Positions 45,195 through 54,503 of a stretch of 64,000 bases of DNA are shown here, piece after piece. The notes beneath the pieces were generated by a model that had not been told where the DNA came from, did no database searches, and saw only the letters and a list, made by a program, of their open reading frames with translations. The stretch's first letter is position 1, and each line of letters begins with the position of its first letter. Source of the DNA: Candidatus Babeliales bacterium (GTDB lineage: Bacteria; Babelota; Babeliae; Babelales; JBFXEV01); contig JBFXEV010000001.1 of NCBI GenBank assembly GCA_050179755.1, positions 395,567 through 459,566 on the forward strand. The letters are read 5' to 3'. Position numbers and translations under genes: made by a program.

Positions 45195-46055
45195 TCATGG
45201 TTTGACCGTACTTAAATCTGTTTCACTGCAAGCGATATTTTCATTAGTACTCAAAAATAGTTCAGGCCTATACTCAAAATGCATCGTATCATAATGATAC
45301 ATTTTACCACCCCAAATAAAACCATATTTTTCAAAAACTTCTACAATTTCCCACGGCACGGTATTGCGATACTGCAATAGTTCGTCTTCACTGATTTGGC
45401 GATTTTCTGCTTTAAGATCCCATTGCCAATAGTTTGATTCTTGTGCATTAATATCTAATGTCATGCCAAAACTATGAGCGCTTAAACGATTAGTGTTTGC
45501 AATAACGCGCCAGCAATACGTGCCACCTGGATTTGCAAGATATTTAATCATATCTGGATATTCACCAACAAGTTCCTCAAGCTCATCAGAAATCGCTTGT
45601 ATCTTTGCATGCACGTTATTAATTCTGGTTACCCGCAAAATATACGTGCTAGATCCAAATACATTTGGCATCCATGCAACGTGTTCTAAATTATCTTCAA
45701 CTTCTGCTGGCGTGGCACCATACATTTTTTTAAAAAAGGGTTCATATCGTATTCTGCCAGGATCTTCATTTGGCAATTCTAAAGGCTCACCGATTTGATA
45801 GCAGGCTTGCAGCACATGATCTTTTAATGTTGGCTTATCAAGTTTTTCTTGCATGGTTTCAAAAAGTTCACCAAGTAGCATGCTAGTGCCATCATGCCAA
45901 AGAATATATTCATGAGTAACAAATTGAATATGATCTGGATACGCATTTTGTAACCGTATGAGTGCTTGATCTAATTGATCCATACAATGTAGAGTACTCC
46001 AGAAAAGTAATGCAAATAAGCACATACTTTTAGCCACAAAAAATTCCTCAAGCAT
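45195..46055 (-). CDS. M15-family (LAS) metallopeptidase, exported
   Basis: 'LSAHSFGMTLDIN' (HxxxxxxD) and 'YDTMHFEY' (second His), with an N-terminal signal 'MCLFALLFWSTLHC'. Confidence 0.65.
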   Translation of the reverse strand: MLEEFFVAKSMCLFALLFWSTLHCMDQLDQALIRLQNAYPDHIQFVTHEYILWHDGTSMLLGELFETMQEKLDKPTLKDHVLQACYQIGEPLELPNEDPGRIRYEPFFKKMYGATPAEVEDNLEHVAWMPNVFGSSTYILRVTRINNVHAKIQAISDELEELVGEYPDMIKYLANPGGTYCWRVIANTNRLSAHSFGMTLDINAQESNYWQWDLKAENRQISEDELLQYRNTVPWEIVEVFEKYGFIWGGKMYHYDTMHFEYRPELFLSTNENIACSETDLSTVKP

Positions 46056-46111
46056 TTATAGTTTTGGTATACTAAAAACAATGATACCATTTTACCCATC
46101 AAAGGAACAAC

Positions 46112-46993
46112 ATGTTGCGTATCACATTGCATCTCTTAACCACAACGCTATATATTTCTCAATTATTCGCACAGCAAAACACAGAATCTGCTTGGCAACA
46201 GTATACAGAAACAAAAAAAGCACAGGCGAAACTAGCAGCGACAGAAGAATTAAAAACACAACTCAAGCAAACAGCAGCTGCTGCCACACCGGTAGAGCAA
46301 GCATTCCGCAACCAGTGCTTGCAACAAAATTGTTTGGCATGCATAAAACTAAAAGAACGCATAGAAGCACGCATAAAAGAAGTTGAAGAACTTCGTTGCA
46401 AAGCAGCCGTAAATGGCAAAAAACTAAGAACCATATTGCATGATACTGAACTCTCCCATGAATTAAAGCAAGAACTTGCAGAGCCTTTCATGCAAGCAGC
46501 GCAAGAATTTTTCACAAAAATCAGCCGCGATATTCCTGCATGCGCCACGTATGCTTATGGAATACATCTTCCACCTATGGAAAGCATTGAAATAAGTTTA
46601 AATGAATGTTTAGGCGACTCAGAAATACAAAATAAACTGTTTTATGCTCTTATCCCTGAAAGTAACATAGCAGTACCTACGCAAGAACAGCTAAGCTGTG
46701 CAAAGAAGATTGTTATTCTTAGTAATCAAAGAGTTGAGGCTTTGCCAACAGGGCTACAAACTAAAAAGCTTGCCAACTCCACGTATGAAGTTGGTGGCAT
46801 TGTAGAACATACTATCCTTAGTGAATATACGCGCGGTCATGATTCAACAGGAAAAAATGTACAGACAACTGACTTGCGTAAAGTGTTAGTCTGTACAGGC
46901 GAAGAACTGCTTATTCTGCAACAATTATATAGAAAACAGCAACAACAAATAATGCAGAAGTTAGATGATATGATTGCAAACTTAAATGACTAA
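46112..46993 (+). CDS. exported coiled-coil protein
   Basis: 293 aa with signal peptide 'LHLLTTTLYISQLFA' and Q/E/K-rich helices. No family motif. Confidence 0.45.
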   Translation: MLRITLHLLTTTLYISQLFAQQNTESAWQQYTETKKAQAKLAATEELKTQLKQTAAAATPVEQAFRNQCLQQNCLACIKLKERIEARIKEVEELRCKAAVNGKKLRTILHDTELSHELKQELAEPFMQAAQEFFTKISRDIPACATYAYGIHLPPMESIEISLNECLGDSEIQNKLFYALIPESNIAVPTQEQLSCAKKIVILSNQRVEALPTGLQTKKLANSTYEVGGIVEHTILSEYTRGHDSTGKNVQTTDLRKVLVCTGEELLILQQLYRKQQQQIMQKLDDMIANLND

Positions 46994-47006
46994 GTCAACT
47001 TGTTTT

Positions 47007-47657
47007 TCAACTAAATAACCCAAGAAGTCTTATAAGCAAAGGTATATGATATTTATCTTCAACAGCTTCAAGTTGACTCAAATCAAGATGCTTTTGCAAA
47101 TATCGATTTGACTGCACGTCTTGCAATGCAACGCCATTATCCCAACGAGTCCAGAATATAACTTCACCATCACGATCATACAAAAAGATGGCACGATTAA
47201 TTTTTATGTGATATACAACCACGGCTTTCACTGCTTGTAATTTAGCATTTTCGTCTAGACGCTTTTTACATTCTTCATATGTCATCATAGACATTTGCTT
47301 AAGTTCTTCAATTGCAATAACTTTGCCTTCTCTATTGTGATAGGTAGCTACTGCTTCACATCTGTCTTTTAGCAATGCTTTTTTAATCACATCTAACTGA
47401 CAGACTTTACAAGGGCTAATGTGCTTGTGATCCAGCTTAACACATGTACAACCTGATTTTTTATGTATTTGATAATATGAAGCATCTTTAACTTGCGTCC
47501 AACCAAGCTTGTCGTGCCAACTTTTAACTTGCTTTGGTTGATCCTCTTTATTCCAAAAATTAAAATTAAACGCTATGGCCGGAGTTGTTACATAACAGCA
47601 CAGCACAACGATAAAAAATTTAAACATGCGTAAGATAAACTCATGAGAATAAAACAT
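47007..47657 (-). CDS. hypothetical exported protein
   Basis: 216-aa ORF with the probable start at internal 'MFKFFIVVLCCYVTTPAIA' (47627). Contains a Cys cluster 'CTCVKLDHKHISPCKVC'. Confidence 0.4.
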   Translation of the reverse strand: MFYSHEFILRMFKFFIVVLCCYVTTPAIAFNFNFWNKEDQPKQVKSWHDKLGWTQVKDASYYQIHKKSGCTCVKLDHKHISPCKVCQLDVIKKALLKDRCEAVATYHNREGKVIAIEELKQMSMMTYEECKKRLDENAKLQAVKAVVVYHIKINRAIFLYDRDGEVIFWTRWDNGVALQDVQSNRYLQKHLDLSQLEAVEDKYHIPLLIRLLGLFS

Positions 47658-47666
47658 AAAGACTCT

Positions 47667-48230
47667 TTATTTTGATTGTTGTAAATTTTCGGCGACTACC
47701 TCAAGAGTATTATATACTTCATTAATTTCGGTAATCATACCATTATCAATGGTTAAGAATTTCATTACCACAAATGTGCCAATGTGCTCTGTAGGAATTT
47801 CATAATGAATCAACACTTTGTTAGCTTCTACATTTACCATCATCACATTCACAATGTTGACTGACCACAGCCCTGCTCCAACTTTGGCAGTTGCAAGTTG
47901 ATTATAAAGTTCATCAACAGTTCGCGTGATCACCTTACCGTTAACTACCTTTTGGCAATCGTCTGCAAAAAGTGATGCCATAAACCCTTTAATGTCCCCT
48001 TGATCGGCAGACCCAAATTGAGCCAAAAAGTTTGTATAGCGCTTTGCAGCAGCATATAATGCAGCTTCCTTGCGCAAGCGAAGGTCATATGCTCGTGCTG
48101 CAACAATATATTGCTTTGCAACTTCCCGTTTGGTATCTTGGCTAACCTCCTGCTTATCTACAGCAGTAAGGTTGGCACATGAACTAATTGCAAAACCTAA
48201 CCCCAAGAAAACAACTAATTTTTTAAACAT
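47667..48230 (-). CDS. lipoprotein with NTF2/SnoaL-like fold
   Basis: Lipobox 'FAISSC'. Size and the pattern 'VLIHYEIPTEHIGTFVVMKFLTIDNGMITEINEVY' fit an NTF2-like cone. Confidence 0.4.
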   Translation of the reverse strand: MFKKLVVFLGLGFAISSCANLTAVDKQEVSQDTKREVAKQYIVAARAYDLRLRKEAALYAAAKRYTNFLAQFGSADQGDIKGFMASLFADDCQKVVNGKVITRTVDELYNQLATAKVGAGLWSVNIVNVMMVNVEANKVLIHYEIPTEHIGTFVVMKFLTIDNGMITEINEVYNTLEVVAENLQQSK

Positions 48231-48255
48231 AATAATCCTCTTAAAAACTTATATG

Positions 48256-48724
48256 CTAACTATATTTATGCTTGCTTGGCTCAATTGCACCCATTTTCGC
48301 AAGCTGCTCCACTGCTCCAGGGCAATCTTTCAGCATTGCTTCTAGCAACAATCTTTCACTCATCTGCATAATTACACGCAGCGCTTGAGCCTGTGATTCT
48401 GGCATGCCTTTTAAGGTATATTCATCATACTCATACAGCGCAAGCTGTAATGTAAGCAAAACACCTAACGGGTTAAGCTGCTTTTCTGCAATACTTTCAA
48501 CTAAATGTGTTTTTTCCCAAAAAGTGCTGATACGCTGCCAGTCGCTCTTTAAGCACCTTGGCATTAGGCATTTGGCATGCTTGCTCAATTTCGGCAGAGA
48601 GCAGACTACTAGTAATAAGTGCAGCGGCCAACATATAACGAAATTTCATAAGCCACTTTCTAGATATAGGTAAATCTGTAAATAGATCATTCACTGAATC
48701 GGTGTCTATAAAATAGCATATCAT
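48256..48724 (-). pseudogene. small exported protein gene split into two frames
   Basis: The signal peptide ORF (48497..48724, contains MKFRYMLAAALITSSLLSA) and the body ORF (48256..48588) overlap in different frames. This is consistent with a frameshift or a sequencing error. Confidence 0.3.
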
Positions 48725-48851
48725 AAACTATGGGCAATAATAGCCCTGGCATGCTATTTTGAAGCGGCTTAACCCCTTGCTAAATTTGACAAATAGAAGC
48801 CTGTTTACTAGTCTTAAAACTATTATATTCTTTTTTAAGAAAGGCTATCCC

Positions 48852-49247
48852 ATGGAAAAATCAACCCTATTCCTGCTCACCTTCCTATGTACAGCAACTA
48901 ATTCATTCTGTTCTTGGGGCACAAAATACCAAACTGATACAGAAAGATACAGGCAACTCTACGAAGAAGCTAAAATAGAAGTTAATAGTTATCCAGAAAT
49001 GGCCTGTGAGTTAACGGAGCCTGGAACTCTAGAAGCGATTGGCGCTCTTGCCTATTTAGAGGATCAAATTCAAAAAAAACTCAAAGCAAAAGTAGATCAA
49101 TGCCTTGCAGGTAGCATGCCTGAATCATCTTGTTACGATTGCAGTGCAATAAATTTATATATAAAGCTTCTATCGGCACAAAAGACGGCAGAAGAAGCCA
49201 GAAAAGTATTAAAATGGGTAGAAGAAACATTGCAAAAAGCAAAATAA
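48852..49247 (+). CDS. small exported protein
   Basis: Starts at the internal ATG 48852 ('MEKSTLFLLTFLCTATNSFC'). Helical, with no family motif. Confidence 0.4.
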   Translation: MEKSTLFLLTFLCTATNSFCSWGTKYQTDTERYRQLYEEAKIEVNSYPEMACELTEPGTLEAIGALAYLEDQIQKKLKAKVDQCLAGSMPESSCYDCSAINLYIKLLSAQKTAEEARKVLKWVEETLQKAK

Positions 49248-49491
49248 TCGAACCTCAATAACATGTTCCTTTGGGGCACCTTAATGTCAAAAAAATCACT
49301 TCTATTTTTAAGCCTTCTATCTATGGTAATTACTGCTCATATCTGCGCAAAACCTTGGTTCTGGGCAAGTGATTATAGCAACGCAAATGCTTAAATAATA
49401 TGATAAAAATGCAATTCAGATTAGCAACTACGAGCACTTGGTCGATTATATACGGCAAACAGTTCATAAAAGAGTACAAAACGAAAAAATT

Positions 49492-49878
49492 ATGAAAGTA
49501 TTTAATCACGTACAAATAAAAGTTCTAGATTTAAATCATAGCCACCAATTTTATAAATTGATTATGGGCATATTAGGATATAATGTGGTACTGGAAATCA
49601 AAGACACTGTCATTGCTTATGGGACAAGTGTGCATGACATGTTTGAAATACGCCAAGCTACAAATGATGCAAAATTGTCGCAGTCTGTTCACATAGCTTT
49701 TAATGCAGCAACATCAGAAATGGTAGATGCTTTTTATCAAACTGCGCTGCAAAATGGTGCAAAATGCAATGGCAGACCAGGCTTTAGGCCTGAATATGAA
49801 GAAGGTTATTATGCTGCATTTGTTATAGATCCTAATGGACATAATATTGAAGCGGTATACATTCAAAGAAAAATTTGA
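49492..49878 (+). CDS. VOC/glyoxalase-family protein
   Basis: 'MKVFNHVQIKVLDLNHSHQFY', 'VHIAFNA' and 'YYAAFVIDPNGHNIEAV' are the paired beta-alpha-beta-beta-beta module motifs of glyoxalase/bleomycin-resistance-type proteins. Confidence 0.65.
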   Translation: MKVFNHVQIKVLDLNHSHQFYKLIMGILGYNVVLEIKDTVIAYGTSVHDMFEIRQATNDAKLSQSVHIAFNAATSEMVDAFYQTALQNGAKCNGRPGFRPEYEEGYYAAFVIDPNGHNIEAVYIQRKI

Positions 49879-49945
49879 TTCAATGAAACAGCATTTTACT
49901 CTAACTCACGAGCATTCTTAATCATATAAAGGAACAGGGCAATTT

Positions 49946-50503
49946 ATGAAAACAACCCAAAGCATATTACTTATTCTAAGCGCCTTCATTTCTTTTAACA
50001 CACAGACAATGGATGGTGAGCAACCTTCCGCAAAGCCCACATATACTCAATTAAAAGGTGAATTTCAAGAAGCATGTAAAAATAGTACTCATGCAGAGGC
50101 TCTCAAAAAAGCTGCTGTTCTACAAGAATTTTTTAACAATAAAAACAACCAACAAGCACACGCCTTGCTCGCAAAACATGCTTGTAGGAGTAAAGCTATT
50201 CTTTTTGGAATTGGCACCTTAGGATTTGGCGCGTTAGCAGCAGCCTCATTAGGCGCTGATCTTTTAACTTGGAGCTTTAGCTTTGGTGAATATAAAACTT
50301 CTTTTTTGGTGCCAAAAGGATTTGCGGCGGCTGCAACAGTATGCCTATTTAAAGCGATACAACAAGGCACTAAACACCGTTTAGTAACAGAAGAAAATGT
50401 ATTTGACGCAGAAAAAATCTGGCTCACTAAGCACATTAAATCTCTGGAGCCATCTGTGATTGATAAAGAACTGAGCAATGCACTGAAAACAAAGAAGGAT
50501 TAA
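49946..50503 (+). CDS. exported protein with two central TM helices
   Basis: Signal peptide MKTTQSILLILSAFISFNTQT and hydrophobic 'AILFGIGTLGFGALAAASLGADLL' / 'GFAAAATVCLFKAI'. Confidence 0.45.
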   Translation: MKTTQSILLILSAFISFNTQTMDGEQPSAKPTYTQLKGEFQEACKNSTHAEALKKAAVLQEFFNNKNNQQAHALLAKHACRSKAILFGIGTLGFGALAAASLGADLLTWSFSFGEYKTSFLVPKGFAAAATVCLFKAIQQGTKHRLVTEENVFDAEKIWLTKHIKSLEPSVIDKELSNALKTKKD

Positions 50504-50636
50504 AATAGCTACCAGCAACGTATCTAGACCAAAAGAAGAATCAATTTGCGCAGCTAAATGCTAAAATAGATTTTCTACTAAAAGCCAGGCTTTTGCATAA
50601 ACCATAAGCCTGGCTTGTTTATTTTTAAAATTTCCT

Positions 50637-52409
50637 TTAGGGAATAGGCTCCCCATGTTCTGCATACGTACGTGCCGCATGCTGCCAAAAAATAAATTCT
50701 GCAAACATTTTAGTTACTGGCAAATTCCATAATTTATGTGTAGCCCTTGCAAGATCAGCAATTGATTTTCCCGTTTCAGGATTTTTTTCATATACTGAAA
50801 CTCCTTCATGGCCCCAAATAGTCTTTGCCACCCAAATAAGTTCATTGAGCTTACTCTCAAATCTATAACTATTTTGGGTCAGAAGTTCCAATCGTTTCAG
50901 GCGTTCCAATCGCTGACGAGCTTCATCTAAACATCTTGATCCTGCAAAATATTCAACCGCACCTTGCGGCAAGCGCGTGGCATGTTGCACCCCAAAGACA
51001 AACGTATCCATAGATTCATAAGGCAGGGCACGGTACTTTTTTAATAATTGAAACATAGCTTCTGAGCGAATGAAAAGAGATTCTATTTCAAATTTATACT
51101 TATGCCGCAAAAGCAGCTCGATAAAAGCACAATCATTTTCCAAAAAAGCGTGGGTGATCATGCGGTTAAAATCAGTTGAATCAAAGAGATCGCCATAACG
51201 CAGTGCCACATTGAGCGCAAGCCATATGCGTGCAAGACGCCACTCACTTAAGATTCTCGCTATTTCTTGATTTATGATTTCTACCACTTCAACGCACGGT
51301 TTCGCATTACCACGTTTATAATCAAGTAATTTTCGTGCACGTGCATAGCGAGGATCAATATATAATGCTTTGCACGACATATCATCGCACTCTTCTGGAA
51401 CTAACGGTAAGCATGACTTCATGTCTGCAGGGGTAATTTCGCGCTCAATAAGCTCAACATCTTGATGATCTATGCAATGCATATCTTGATAATTGCATGG
51501 TGGATATTGCTTAGAAGGTGGCTTTGCTGCAAGGGCATCAAGATGCGCAAGCACTATGCGGCAGGCCAAATCACCAGCGTCTGGTTGAAACTTATGCGCT
51601 TCAAGATAATCCCTGCAAGTGCTACCAGCAGCATCTTTTAAATTGAGCAGGGCGCCATGCTTTATGAGAAACAACGTAACAGGCAGCAAGTAATTTTCAG
51701 TATTTCCCGCACGATTAAGCGCTACTCTATGGAGTGGTGTACGCCCTTTAGTATCAACAGCATCAACTGGCACCCCACGCGCTATGTAAAACTTCATTAA
51801 TTTGAGTGTTTCTTGCGGTGCATTTGAAGGTTGTGCGCATATATGGTGTAATACCGTGCCGCCCTCGCTATGTTCAAGTTCTTTATAATTAGCCCCTAGT
51901 ATCCAGAACCATTTTGCCATTTTTTTAGTCTGTGCTAAAAAAAAGAGAGGTACTGCCGTACGAGTTTGACATAGAGTACTATCAGTTTTTTCAGTGCGCC
52001 AACAACCTGCCAAATGATTAACGTTTGGCTTATACGGCGCCACTGTTGCAACAAAACGATGTAGGTTTTTATCTGCGGCGCTTTTTAGCACGTCCACTAA
52101 TCTGTAGTCACTGAGTAATGATGCACAACATGCTGCTTTATATTGTTTTTCAAGGGTATCTAATGCCACTATCTGCTGTGCTGCCGCATCGCGAACTTCA
52201 AAGGGTGAAACGCGCAAGCGCTGTGCAGTGGAATCTTGCTCGAGCTCCCATGCTGTCCAATACCCGGTAAACGTGCAGGCATTAGCTGGCATTGGCCAAT
52301 GGTGCTGTGCAAATTCTTCTGGTGTGAATGGCTTTGCCCCTTCCATTGCCTGCACGTGTACGTGCAATGAAAGAAATAGGCATAATGGAAAAGCAAGGCT
52401 TTTATGCAT
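50637..52409 (-). CDS. exported ankyrin-repeat protein, paralog B
   Basis: Signal peptide MHKSLAFPLCLFLSLHVHVQA and 'GVPVDAVDTKGRTPLHRVALN'. Collinear with 41532..43451 ('STAQRLRVSPFEVR', 'LEKQYKAACC', 'HAFLENDCAFIE'). Confidence 0.7.
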   Translation of the reverse strand: MHKSLAFPLCLFLSLHVHVQAMEGAKPFTPEEFAQHHWPMPANACTFTGYWTAWELEQDSTAQRLRVSPFEVRDAAAQQIVALDTLEKQYKAACCASLLSDYRLVDVLKSAADKNLHRFVATVAPYKPNVNHLAGCWRTEKTDSTLCQTRTAVPLFFLAQTKKMAKWFWILGANYKELEHSEGGTVLHHICAQPSNAPQETLKLMKFYIARGVPVDAVDTKGRTPLHRVALNRAGNTENYLLPVTLFLIKHGALLNLKDAAGSTCRDYLEAHKFQPDAGDLACRIVLAHLDALAAKPPSKQYPPCNYQDMHCIDHQDVELIEREITPADMKSCLPLVPEECDDMSCKALYIDPRYARARKLLDYKRGNAKPCVEVVEIINQEIARILSEWRLARIWLALNVALRYGDLFDSTDFNRMITHAFLENDCAFIELLLRHKYKFEIESLFIRSEAMFQLLKKYRALPYESMDTFVFGVQHATRLPQGAVEYFAGSRCLDEARQRLERLKRLELLTQNSYRFESKLNELIWVAKTIWGHEGVSVYEKNPETGKSIADLARATHKLWNLPVTKMFAEFIFWQHAARTYAEHGEPIP

Positions 52410-52428
52410 TAAGTAATAACATCTTTCT

Positions 52429-53157
52429 CTAAAAAATTTTCTTGTCAGATGTGTCTTTAATATTTTGTAACGCTAGCTTCAAATAAAATAGCGTTTCCAC
52501 TTTTAAATTCGCTTGAACCCATTTTCTTTGCTCTGCGCTCAAAAGTTCGCCCAGACCTGTCAAAATCTGTTTATCATCAAACTTTTCAAGAGCTTCAATT
52601 ACTTGTACTAAAAAATCTTGATAGGGCATGCCAGTACGCGATTGTATAAGATCTTGATTAATAGGCCATTGCTCTTTCAAAAAATACCATACATCATAAA
52701 TATCTCGATTTGCATTGCCCAACCTATTATACATTGCCATAAGCTTATGGGCAGACATATCAGTTTTTACCATAACGCGCATAGGGATCCCTAGATAGTT
52801 CATTATGTGATACTGAGAACCAAATTGCCGCTTATTAATTTCCACTTTTATATTGGCAGCATTTGGTACTTTCCCCTCATATGATAGCAAAAAAAATAGA
52901 GTATATCGTTTATCGTAGGCTTTTTTTACTATGCCATATTTTTCTATATGCCTGTTAATACCTTCAAAGATAATTTTTTCATCAGGCTCATTAAGTAGAT
53001 CAAAATCTAAGTCAACAGAAAAGCGCGGTAACCCATAGAAAAGCATTGCTGCAGTACCTCCCTTAAATCCAAGATAAGGTGTAAGTGATGTATCCCTAAA
53101 AATATCTTTTAAAATACTCACCAGAATGTTTTTATGGAATTCAGGATTACGCGTCAT
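52429..53157 (-). CDS. AbiEii/AbiGii-family nucleotidyltransferase toxin (type IV TA)
   Basis: 'LGFKGGTAAMLFYGLPRFSVDLDFDL' matches the family's GGTA..R.S.D.D motif. The start at 53157 overlaps the upstream gene by 11 nt; the track extends the ORF to 53235. Confidence 0.7.
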   Translation of the reverse strand: MTRNPEFHKNILVSILKDIFRDTSLTPYLGFKGGTAAMLFYGLPRFSVDLDFDLLNEPDEKIIFEGINRHIEKYGIVKKAYDKRYTLFFLLSYEGKVPNAANIKVEINKRQFGSQYHIMNYLGIPMRVMVKTDMSAHKLMAMYNRLGNANRDIYDVWYFLKEQWPINQDLIQSRTGMPYQDFLVQVIEALEKFDDKQILTGLGELLSAEQRKWVQANLKVETLFYLKLALQNIKDTSDKKIF

Positions 53158-53734
53158 TTTTTTCCTTATAATCTTTATAAAGCATATGCACTTTTTCTTC
53201 AAGACGCTTATTTGCATAAAGCGGAAGCAGCTCAAAAACTGTATCCCAATTAACTACCGAAAGATTGTCAACCCCAAAGCCTTTATGAAGATAAAGCATA
53301 TCTAGCAATGCACGCTCTGGCGTTGCTATACTATACTGATTTTCAATTGTAATGCCTTGTGAATTGGTCAAAAGAGGGCCTTTAATTTTTCTGTATTCAT
53401 ACGTTTGGCCATCACATTCAATAATTCTAGTTTGATACGAAGCCACAAAAATTCTTTGATACCACTGAAAAATAACCCCCGATTGCAGCAAAACTGTTTC
53501 AAAACTAATATATGATGGAGTTAATATTTTTGTAGCTACTTCAAATCGATTATAATCTTTATTCTTAGCGTAAAGCCCACGCCTGATATGATACAGATAA
53601 CCCCGCTTTATATAATAACTAAGGCGTGACCTCAGGAGCGCAGGATCCGCTTTACCCCACATCAAAAATAACTCTTTAGTTGAAAACACGGTTTGAGATG
53701 AGCTTAGAATATCTTTTAAAAGTGTATCATGCAT
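53147..53734 (-). CDS. AbiEi-family antitoxin/transcriptional regulator
   Basis: 195 aa, upstream of and overlapping the AbiEii gene. 'LSYYIKRGYLYHIRRGLYA' matches the AbiEi N-terminal wHTH motif (G.l.r..rGlY). Confidence 0.65.
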   Translation of the reverse strand: MHDTLLKDILSSSQTVFSTKELFLMWGKADPALLRSRLSYYIKRGYLYHIRRGLYAKNKDYNRFEVATKILTPSYISFETVLLQSGVIFQWYQRIFVASYQTRIIECDGQTYEYRKIKGPLLTNSQGITIENQYSIATPERALLDMLYLHKGFGVDNLSVVNWDTVFELLPLYANKRLEEKVHMLYKDYKEKNDA

Positions 53735-53922
53735 AAAACCTCGTATGAAAGCTAATAATAAGAATTTTTCTTATCTTTAGCTTTAATCTTACACAAATTT
53801 GTAAAGAAGGAAAGATCCCTCTCACTACGAGGCATTTGATCATTTTACCGCTTGACCAATATATCAAACTGATATATACTGAATATATCATAATGATACA
53901 TCAATTAAGCGTAAGGTAAAAC

Positions 53923-54480
53923 ATGGCAAAAAGCAGCAAAAGCCCCTATGCAATTCTAGGCATGCTAGCCTTATTAAAGAAAAGCTCAGGATATGACTTA
54001 AAAAAACATATGGCCGCAAGTACCGAGTATTTTTGGAAAGAAACCTATAGTTCCATTTACCCCGTGCTTGAAAGCTTAGAAAAACAGCGCTTAATTGAAA
54101 AGGTGACAACAACGCGCACGAGCGACCGCAAGCGCAACGTTTACGCGCTCACGCCCCAAGGCCATGCAATTTTTAAAGAATGGTTGCAGCAACCAGCAGA
54201 AAGCATGCAATTAAGAAACGAGTTGCTACTTAAATTATTTTTTGGTGGCATGATGCCGCCTGAGATGAGCATTAAACAGCTAGAGCAACAAAAAAAGGAA
54301 CTTAAAAGTAAATTGGCAACCTATCAAGAAATTAAAAAAGAATTAGAAGCACTTGATACGCAAGAATCTCTCTATTCGTTACTCACACTTGATCATGGCA
54401 TACGCCTTACAAGTTGTTCTTTAGACTGGTGCGATAATGCCATAAAAACACTAATAAAATTAGATCGTCAAAGACATTAA
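53923..54480 (+). CDS. PadR-family transcriptional regulator
   Basis: 'SPYAILGMLALLKKSSGYDLKKHM' and 'YSSIYPVLESLEKQRLIE' form the wHTH, followed by a C-terminal coiled-coil extension. Confidence 0.75.
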   Translation: MAKSSKSPYAILGMLALLKKSSGYDLKKHMAASTEYFWKETYSSIYPVLESLEKQRLIEKVTTTRTSDRKRNVYALTPQGHAIFKEWLQQPAESMQLRNELLLKLFFGGMMPPEMSIKQLEQQKKELKSKLATYQEIKKELEALDTQESLYSLLTLDHGIRLTSCSLDWCDNAIKTLIKLDRQRH

Positions 54481-54503
54481 TTTATCCAAATGGAGGATTC
54501 ACT

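Noticed and set aside
46081-46548. Overlapping ORFs 46081..46386 (+) and 46159..46548 (-) at the start of 46112..46993.
   Set aside because: The 293-aa frame with a signal peptide and a long coiled coil is the coherent gene. The others are frame shadows.
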